Of a stretch of DNA of 10,223 nucleotides, positions 1 to 7,318 are shown in pieces. Origin of the DNA: Fonticula alba ATCC 38817 (taxonomy: Eukaryota; Protista; Nucleariida); NCBI GenBank assembly GCA_000388065.2, contig KB932201.1; one strand, given 5' to 3'. How positions within the stretch are numbered: the stretch's first letter is position 1; every line of letters starts with the position of its first letter. A program made the translations under genes and the position numbers. The notes under the pieces were generated by a model. The model was not told where the DNA came from, did not search any database, and saw nothing but the letters and a program-made list of their open reading frames with translations.

Positions 1-67
1 CCCCCGCCACTCTCCTCCACGACCGAGGCCGGGTTTTGATTTGGCGCATACGTGCGAGCCCGCACCC

Positions 68-1881
68 ATGAATCCCAGCTACAATATGCCGCCCTATGGC
101 GGCCACACCATGCCCACGACGCCCTATCCCCCGATGTACGGCCATCCGGCCGGGACATCAACCATGCCCTCGGCGCAGGTCCCCTATGCGCCGGCCATGC
201 CCTCGGCGCAGCCCCCCTACGCTGCGGCGCCGCTCCCAGTGCAGCCGCCCTATGCCCCGGCACAGCCTCCGGCCCAATCCTCCTATGCCCCGGTGCAGGC
301 CTCCGCTCCGGACAACAAACTGAAGCCCGAGCAGGCGTCTCGACTGGTCCGCCTGGTTCGTTCCCTGCCAGCCCCCCCCCCCCCCCGGCTGTCCACCTCC
401 TCTGCTGATGGCGCTCGTTTGGAATTAACGCACACGCCTCTTCCGCATGCGCATCCTCACGTGCGTAGTACAACTACGACATCCTCAGTAATCTTGAGCG
501 CCTTCTCGCCCGCTTTCCCCACCTGGGTATTCAGTTTAAGCCCAACCGTACGTTTCGCCCTGCCACCTGCCCATCGCGCGGCTCGATCGATGTGCGCTGC
601 CGCTTGCCGCCTGTCAACTCACGCTCCACGATGCCGTCTCGCTGGAAATCAGACCAAAACGAGGAGTGCTGCGTCATCCAGGGCTATATTCTCTATCGCT
701 TCCGCGACCGCAATTACCAGGCCCCGGTCTATGTCTGGCTTCCGAAGGAGTGCGTCCTCCCGGCTCTCCTTCCTGAACATGCTCGCCAAGTGGCCGCGCC
801 TGCTTTCGGCGGATGCCCCCTGACTCATACACCGATTCCCCCCCCCCGCTCCATCTCCAAACTCGTCGGGGCAGTATTGACCGGGACAAGGGGAGGGCGA
901 TGCCCCTTGTCGGGCGAAGGGGGCGGGGGGGGGGGGGGGGTCCCGGGCGGCCCCATCCGTGTCTGAGTGATTGGGACCCGACTGGGGCTAAAGGCCCCGG
1001 GGCTGCGCGGATGGAGGGGCGAGGCGAGGGCGACTGCCAGCGGGCAGCATTCCCCCGGAAGCAGCGGGTTGAAGTGGATCATGGCTCCGTATAATTGTGA
1101 CTTGCGGTATCATGTGCCGGCAGCCGGATCTTGGCCACCCAAACATCCCCACATTTCGAAGGACCGGCAGCCCGAGCGCGGGGCCTCCCCCACGAAGCCC
1201 CGCCGGTGTGCTGGCAAGCACGGATATGACCGCGGCACGGAGAGCGGGTCGCCCTCGGCCGCTTACCGGATTGAGCAGCATCCAGCTCCGACACGGGGTC
1301 CGCGTCGCGCCCAGGGTACGCCCCTTGGAGCCTGCCTCCACGGGCAGGCTGGGGCGGGGGCGGGGGGGCGGGGGCGGGGGGGNNNNNNNNNNNNNNNNNN
1401 NNNNNNNNNNNNNNNNNNNNNNNNNNNNNNNNNNNNNNNNNNNNNNNNNNNNNNNNNNNNNNNNNNNNNNNNNNNNNNNNNNNNNNNNNNNNNNNNNNNN
1501 NNNNNNNNNNNNNNNNNNNNNNNNNNNNNNNNNNNNNNNNNNNNNNNNNNNNNNNNNNNNNNNNNNNNNNNNNNNNNCGAAGGAGTGCGTCCTCCCGGCT
1601 CTCCTTCCTGAACATGCTCGCCAAGTGGCCGCGCCTGCTTTCGGCGGATGCCCCCTGACTCATACACCGATTACCCAGTTTCCCCAAACAACGCCCCGCC
1701 TTCTATGTTGTCAAAAACACCGAGCACTGGCGGGCGCCCGTGTCCTTCAACCCGGCGGCCAAGTTCATCGAACGCCAGGGCAACCTTGTTATCCCCCATT
1801 TGCAATCATGGCATGAGTCCTCACCGGTATGTCTGGTCCCCATCGCCACCGCCACCGCCACCGCCACCGCCACCGCCACCG

Positions 1882-1916
<35 letters not shown>

Positions 1917-3458
1917 ACCTGCCTCTCACGCCTGCTTTCCGCTTTCCGACTGTGGCCCAAATGTCCCTCTCGATGCTTGCAGGATCTGGCCAACCTGTTT
2001 GTGGCCTTCCAGAACCAGATCAACCAAACGCCCCCTCTCTTCTCCACCGACTCGACCATTGCGCCGCTGGAGTCGGAGCTCGGCTCGGCCGGGGGCTCGG
2101 CCAGTCCTCACACCACCGGGCATGCCGGGATCCCGCCATACATGCAGCCTCCCGCGCCGGCTCGCCAACATTCGCCCCAGCAGCAGCCGGCCCAATCGCA
2201 GCCGGGGTCCTACTCCCCGGGCCCCTCCTCGCCGGTGCATAGCCCCTCGGGGGCTTTCAACAGCAGCAACTCGGCCCTGGCACCACTCACCTCAACGGCC
2301 GTTGAGGAAAGTGCCCTTGATGACATCACCCGAGCGTCGTTGGTCAGTGCCGCGGTGGACAGCCTCCTGCGTGGGATTGTTGCCCGCGAGGAGCGGGCTT
2401 CCTTCCGCGAGAAACATCTGAAGGCCGAAGAAAGGTGCGTGTGCCTGTTCGAGAACGGCCCGAGGGCTCGGTCACAGCTGGCACCCGACGCTGCTGTGCA
2501 CATTGGGCAGCTGCATGCGCGTGCCCTTGTGTCCATGTGCTGCTAACCGGCCTGTTGCTGCTTAGCCAACTGAAGAAGAACGAGAAGGAGATCTGTGCCG
2601 CGGTGGAGGTGTACAAGACCCAACTGGTACGAAATGCCACGATTGCGCATGCCCATCGCCGGCCCTGCGCACAGTGCCACCCTTGCTGACTTGGCTTTTC
2701 CACCGGGATGCAACTCCGACAGGATACCCTGCCCGTGATCATTGGTCAATTGGAGAGCGAGCGCGTTGCATTGGACCAGCAGATTGCCCCCCTGGAAACC
2801 GCTCCTCCCTTGAGCGTGGCCGACATCCAACCTCGCTCTGAACTGGAGCAGCAGTGCGTTACCCCCCCCCGCCCCCCACCCACCCCCCCTCCCATGGGCT
2901 GGGCTTACTTTCCTGAACCATCGCAGCCTGAAGACCTGGACCATGGGAACAGAAGGGGGCAAAGATGTGCCTTTCGCGGAGAAAGAAAGAGGCAGAGAGA
3001 GAGAGAGAGGGGGGGGGAGAGAGAGAACGGTTTGCGTCGACGCCTTTCTAACCAGTATGTTTGACTTCATGTGGGGGTGTGGGGCTGGGCAGGTTCCTAG
3101 ACCTGGTCTCGGATCAGTGTGCGCTTGAAGACTCGATGCTTGTGCTGCGCGATCAGCTGGGGAAGGGCCGTATCGACCTCAAGACGTACATCAAGGTATG
3201 AGGCCGCGTCTTTGCGTTTGCTCCGGTGGTCTTGCTTGCTCCTCTCGCTTTTCTCGCTCCCTCGAGCCTTCTCCCTCCCTGGTCCGGGCTGCTCTCTCAC
3301 ACATGCATGTTTTAATATGCTCCTTCACATGCGCGCACGCACACGCATACGGGCCACTCTCGTCCTCCTGCCACAACCAGTGTGTCCGTACACTGGCGCG
3401 GGAGCAGTTCCTCAACCACGTCCTTCTGCGGCAGGTCCACCAGCAAATGGCACGGTAA
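68..3458 (+). CDS. TSG101: ESCRT-I subunit TSG101/Vps23 homolog, 9 exons, ~478 aa: join(68..355,469..547,653..749,1679..1826,1983..2434,2566..2626,2723..2853,3093..3195,3381..3458)
   Basis: The spliced exons total 1437 nt and stay in frame to TAA at 3456-3458. All introns are GT..AG (donors GTTCGT, GTACGT, GTGCGT, GTATGT, GTGCGT, GTACGA, GTGCGT, GTATGA). The translation has a UEV-like block (YNYDILSNLERLLARFPHL...CCVIQGYILYRFRDRNYQAPVYVWLPKDFPKQRPAFYVV...KFIERQGNLVIPHLQSWHESSPDLANLFVAFQNQINQTPPLFS), a Pro/Ser/Gln linker, a coiled-coil-like stretch, and a C-terminal steadiness box/Vps23 core (QFLDLVSDQCALEDSMLVLRDQLGKGRIDLKTYIKCVRTLAREQFLNHVLLRQV, compare TSG101 AIEDTIFYLGEALRRGVIDLDVFLKHVRLLSRKQF). 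Uncertain points: the start codon, the exon 1 donor (347 vs 356), and intron 3, which spans a gap. Confidence 0.9.
162..211 (+). repeat. Coding tandem duplication with a 33-nt period in TSG101 exon 1
   Basis: ccatgccctcggcgcag occurs at 162-178 and 195-211, encoding MPSAQVPYAPA / MPSAQPPYAAA. Confidence 0.85.
743..837 (+). repeat. 95-bp exact direct repeat, copy 1 (end of TSG101 exon 3 plus most of intron 3)
   Basis: cgaaggagtgcgtcc...catacaccgatt at 743-837 is identical to 1578-1672. Confidence 0.95.
1351..1382 (+). other. Putative G-quadruplex motif (G4-C-G5-C-G6-C-G5-C-G6) abutting the assembly gap
   Basis: At least four G-tracts with 1-nt loops are seen directly. Folding is inferred. 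Confidence 0.6.
1383..1577. other. Assembly gap (195 N)
   Basis: Run of N. Confidence 1.
1578..1672 (+). repeat. 95-bp exact direct repeat, copy 2, starting immediately after the N gap
   Basis: Identical to 743-837. Only this copy continues into the acceptor (acccag, 1673-1678) of exon 4. Confidence 0.95.
1845..1910 (+). repeat. Perfect (GCCACC)11 microsatellite in TSG101 intron 4
   Basis: Eleven uninterrupted hexamers read directly from the sequence. Confidence 0.97.
2994..3025 (+). repeat. (AG)8 / G-run / (AG)n compound microsatellite in TSG101 intron 7
   Basis: Read directly from the sequence. Confidence 0.9.
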
Positions 3459-3919
3459 GGCCAATGCCCTTGCTTCCCTTCTCCATCGCCCATGCAGGGG
3501 GTGTCTCTTCGTCGCTTGGGCGAAGTGCCATCCTGTTGGCGGTTGAAAATAGAACAAAAGTACCATGTGCTCGGGTTTTTGTCCCTACTCTTGGCATGCA
3601 AACAGACGGATGCACGTGTCTGCGCGCATGCGCATGTTTGCCCTTCGACCGCATGTGCACTGCTGCCGGGCTGCACGCCTTTCACCCAGGTGGGAGTGTA
3701 ATTATGAAAGTATATTGCAGTGCGTCAAAAGGGGTCACACTGACGCGACGAGAGGAGGGAAGGGCAAACGCCCATATGTGTGGCTGGGAAGAGAGTGGGG
3801 AGGAGATGACAACAATGCCAAGATCTTGGGGGGCATTCGGGTCAACAGCAAACGGCACGTGTCTCGGGGATGGCGCGCTCACCCACACAGGCGGTGACAG
3901 CGCCACATTTTCAAGGCGC

Positions 3920-4488
3920 CTAAGCGCTGTAGTAGACCCCGCAGTTGGGAGGCATCTTGGACACGGGGGCGGCAGAAGCGGCAGCAGTAGCACCACTAGC
4001 GGCGGCGGTCGAGGCATTGGTCGCAGCACCGCCCTCAATGGCAGCGGTGGCAGCGGCACCCTCCAGCAGGCTGGAAGAAGTGAAGACAACAGGCGGGGTC
4101 TGGGCCAGCTCCCGGCGCAGGTCGCGCTTGAAGTAGTAGTTGTCGGAGATCCGGGCAGACGGACGGTCGGGCAGGATCTTGTAACCATTCGGAGTGCCGG
4201 TGGCATGGTTGATGGCGCCCTGGGAACCAGGGGCGGGGAAGCGGTACTTCCCGGGGACGAAGATGGTCCAGTCCTGAACCTCCTGCCGGTTCTGTGTAAC
4301 AGGAGGAGAAGGTGAGGGAAGAAGGGGGGGGGGGTAAGAAGGCCGTTTGGGAAAACGTCAGAACAGACTGGAGGAAGATGTGCCAAGGAAGGCGGGGGGA
4401 GGGGGGGACGGCCAGGACGTACGATCGCGGCAAAGCGGCGGAGGCGCTCAAACAGGGCCGAAGCCTGGCGGACGTGGGGAGAGGCCAT
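3920..4488 (-). CDS. NDUFA7: Mitochondrial complex I accessory subunit NDUFA7/B14.5a (fungal NUZM-like), 2 exons, 145 aa: complement(join(3920..4291,4423..4488))
   Basis: ATG at 4488, donor GTACGT (4422), acceptor ACAG (4292), TAG at 3920-3922. Protein: MASPHVRQASALFERLRRFAAINRQEVQDWTIFVPGKYRFPAPGSQGAINHATGTPNGYKILPDRPSARISDNYYFKRDLRRELAQTPPVVF...Ala-rich...MPPNCGVYYSA. PSARISDNYYFKRDLRRE matches the NDUFA7 signature (human PSHKLSNNYYCTRDGRRE). FERLRR...KYRFPAPGS resembles fungal NUZM (WEKLR...LYRVPTPGS). Recognised by eye. The spliced frame is not in the ORF track. Confidence 0.8.
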
Positions 4489-5836
4489 CGTGTGTTTGTG
4501 TGTGTATGTGCGCGAACACGTGCGAGAAGACGCAAGCGAGGGGCAGGGAGGAGAAAGGGGCGGAGAGGGGGGGGGGGGGGGNNNNNNNNNNNNNNNNNNC
4601 CCCCCAGGACCAAAGGCACCTGCTTGATCAGCCCCGCCGCTTGCCCTCGCCCCCAACGGGTTGAGGAGCTCGAGTGGGAAGGGAGGAGGACATCCCGCCA
4701 TCCCGCCCTGCTCGCCACCCATCCGCCGTCCCCCTCGAAAGACGCGAGCACCCTTCGCGACGGGGCACAGTGGACTACAACCCACCGTCCGGGGCCGAGG
4801 GGGGCGACAGAGTGGCTCGGCCAGCCTCCACGGGGGAGCGGGGGGGAACACTGGCCCCCCGCCCACCCGGCCTTTGGCCCTGCTTATCCGGGGACACAGA
4901 CCAAACATGCTTGGGCCGGCGCCCCGGGGCTCGGGCCGAAATTCTGTGACATCGGATTGCGCTCGGGCTTCTGGCTATGTGTCCCTGAATGGCATTCTCG
5001 AACGTTGGCAGGAAAACATCTGATGCTCGTCTCCCCCTTCAGTACTTGGATGCTCGACCTTGTGTCGGGGAAGCCAGGCCGCCCCACGCCGGAGGACCGG
5101 ACGGGGGGGAGGGGGGGGGGGGGAACAGTCAGCGGGAGACACGACAGAGCCAGGGACAAAGGTAGCAGAGGCGGCCAGGAGAACAGGAGAGGCAGGGCTC
5201 GAGGATGTGGATCAGCAGGCGGCGAGCCCTGCTGGGGCATTTTTATCTCCTCTCATGGCGCGCTTGGGCGCGCGAGGTGCTCGCGCGGAGTTCGCGCACA
5301 GACCTTTACGCGAAGGAACATGCTGCTGACGGGCGCGGCCGGAGTGCGAGAGGGCACAGGGGGGAAATGGGGGAGGGGCGGGGGGGGCGGGGCTGTCGGT
5401 CCAGAGAGGTCGAATACCTGCTCCGGGCTCCCCCCCCCTGCCCGAGCGCGCCGTGTCTCGACACTGGCCGGTTGAAAACGCCTCCTCCCGGTGGCCGGAG
5501 CCGTCGGCGCTCCGAAGACACCCCCTTCTGGTTGTCGAGAGAGATCCCATCCCGCAGCCTCTCCCCCTCCCCCCTCCCCCCTGCAGTTCCTCCTTTGTCC
5601 TCTTTCCCCTCTCAGAGGTATCTCTCCCTCCTTTTGCCCTCTCCTCACATACTCCCCCCATGCCGGCCCCCTGTTGAGCCCACCCCTGCCCTCAAGTCCT
5701 CCCCCCGCCCCCTCTCTCCCCTCCACTGGCTGTCCCACTTGCCAAGACCCCACCATGATCGCGCCCCAGGGCCCTCTCTAACACGCGCTCTCCTCACTCT
5801 CCACCTTCGCTCGGATGGACGACCGCCAGTATCGCC
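4489..5836. promoter_or_regulatory. Divergent intergenic region between NDUFA7 (-) and NDUFB10 (+); candidate bidirectional promoter
   Basis: Head-to-head gene geometry, and a strand-composition switch from G/A-rich to C/T-rich on + at about 5400-5520. No specific promoter element was identified. Confidence 0.4.
4582..4599. other. Assembly gap (18 N)
   Basis: Run of N after a G homopolymer. Confidence 1.
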
Positions 5837-6424
5837 ATGGATGTGCGTCCCTTTCTCATGTGCACCAACCGCCTTGGGCCTGATGCATGCATTCATACAC
5901 ACACGCGCACACGCGCATGCCCAGCCCCATGCACACCTCCACCTCAGCTAACCCTGGTCCCCTCTCTGTCTCTGTCCTCCTCCTACCCCCCCCCCCTCCC
6001 CCCATCCCCCCTCCTGCCCTCTTGGCTCGGATCGTCATCCTGCAGTTCGGTCAGAACGGTCGCCACGACAGCTACCTCGCTCAGGTTTCTGACGAGATCA
6101 TGAACCACCACCTCGGCACCGAGTCCACCAAGCTCCTGCTCAAGCAGATTCGCGAGTGTGTGCGCTCGGCCGGTGTCAACCACCAGAAGGTGTGCAAGGA
6201 GCTTGGCGAGGAGATGGCCTTCCGTCTGGCCAACAACTGCGTCTCCGACTACGCCCGCCAGGTGCGTCTCTCCTGCCACGGGTGGCATCCTTCACTTGTG
6301 CACTGTTGTCTGGACAAACTGCCCCCCTCCTAACTGTGTGCCCCTCCTGCTCCCTTCTTCTTCCTTTTCCCGCTCCGGCGCCCACACCTCACCGCCACCA
6401 CCATTCCTGCAGAACCACCGGTAA
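5837..6424 (+). CDS. NDUFB10: Mitochondrial complex I accessory subunit NDUFB10/PDSW (short, fungal NIDM-like), 3 exons, ~77 aa: join(5837..5842,6046..6261,6413..6424)
   Basis: The start context is gccATGG followed by donor GTGCGT (5843). Other sites: acceptor CTGCAG (6045), donor GTGCGT (6262), acceptor CTGCAG (6412), TAA at 6422-6424. Protein: MDFGQNGRHDSYLAQVSDEIMNHHLGTESTKLLLKQIRECVRSAGVNHQKVCKELGEEMAFRLANNCVSDYARQNHR. The CX11C motif C-x4-GVNH-x3-C is characteristic of fungal and plant-type NDUFB10. Exon 2 is well supported; the terminal micro-exons are less certain. Confidence 0.75.
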
Positions 6425-6797
6425 ATTCGGTGTGTTCAATTCCCGGATATTCCCTTTCTTGAAGGGAGGACAAGGGCGAATGGCGGCCCCGGCCGATACA
6501 CTGTTGAAGCTCTTCCGCCTTGGCGGGTCTCCTTGCACATGTCAATGACACGATGTGCGAACACACGCACACGCACACACCGCACATTGGCACTGCATCC
6601 ACCTCCCTTCCATCCATCCACCCACATACACACACATCTCAGTACCAGTACAAATGTCCACCCTACCGTCGTCACCAAAGCTTGTGTCTTGCAACGACCC
6701 AAGCCATGCGCTATGATGGCATGACGGCTCCTAGATCTGTAAAATATACCCAGCACCAAAAGGCAATCCCCCTCCTGCCACCCGGTTGACCGGGCTT

Positions 6798-6817
6798 CCC
6801 CCCCCCCCCCCCCCCCC
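6798..6817 (+). repeat. C20 homopolymer downstream of NDUFB10
   Basis: Read directly. It is one of many C/G runs in the window. Confidence 0.95.
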
Positions 6818-7270
6818 GACACTCCCTCCCCTCCCCCCCCGCCGGTGAACCCGCGCTGCTCCTCGGGGGGATGCCACGAGCTTCCCCAAAAGGGGCACCA
6901 ACAACTCGCGCACATTTGCGGGCGATGGTGTGGGCTTGGCTTCTGTCTTGGGTCTTGTGCGCGTAATTTGGGGTGTGGGTGGGGGGGGGGGTGGGGGGGG
7001 TAACACCGGCAAGGCAGAGGACACTGAAACAGAGGAAAAAAGAAATGCGAAGACAAGGGGGCGAGCGAAGGAGAAGGGAGGGGGGGGGTACACACAGGCC
7101 TGTTGAGACAGGGGGCTCTGATACCCTGGATACGCTGCCTATTTATACCCCTGTACCAAGCGGCGAAAGCGTCTTATTCTGGGGAGGGGGCCGGCAATGT
7201 GGCGCGTTCCGCGTGGTGGAGTGACCCCCTGACATCACACGTTACACATGGTGTGTATGCGTGTTGAAAG

Positions 7271-7272
<2 letters not shown>

Positions 7273-7307
<35 letters not shown>

Positions 7308-7318
7308 AGGGAGGGAGG
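7273..7318 (+). repeat. (GA)14 followed by (GGGA)4 microsatellite, intergenic
   Basis: Read directly from the sequence. Confidence 0.92.

Noticed and set aside
1845-1910. The repeat unit GCCACC equals the vertebrate Kozak hexamer; the array superficially resembles a telomere-like or CRISPR-like repeat
   Set aside because: It is intronic, has no following ATG and no spacers. It is a simple microsatellite.
3045-3060. Alternative acceptor CTAACCAG at about 3055 for TSG101 exon 8
   Set aside because: It shifts the frame and terminates at 3128, losing the conserved steadiness box. The CTAAC is better read as the branch point for the 3092 acceptor.
3119-4315. 398-aa + strand ORF, and the overlapping 408-aa - strand ORF 3682-4908
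   Set aside because: These are off-frame or antisense read-throughs of TSG101 exons, introns and the NDUFA7 gene. Stops are rare in GC-rich DNA, and the true proteins emerge only after splicing.
5305-5322. Possible minus-strand start exon ATGTTCCTTCGCGTAAAG|GTCTGT (MFLRVK) in the divergent spacer
   Set aside because: The donor is atypical for this window. Joining to the nearest plausible acceptor gives a short ORF with no recognisable homology, and no acceptor links it to NDUFA7.
4312-5951. Long Gly/Arg/Pro-rich ORFs (4312-5475, 5205-5951)
   Set aside because: They are translations of G/C homopolymer-rich non-coding DNA, one runs through an N gap, and they show no family motif.
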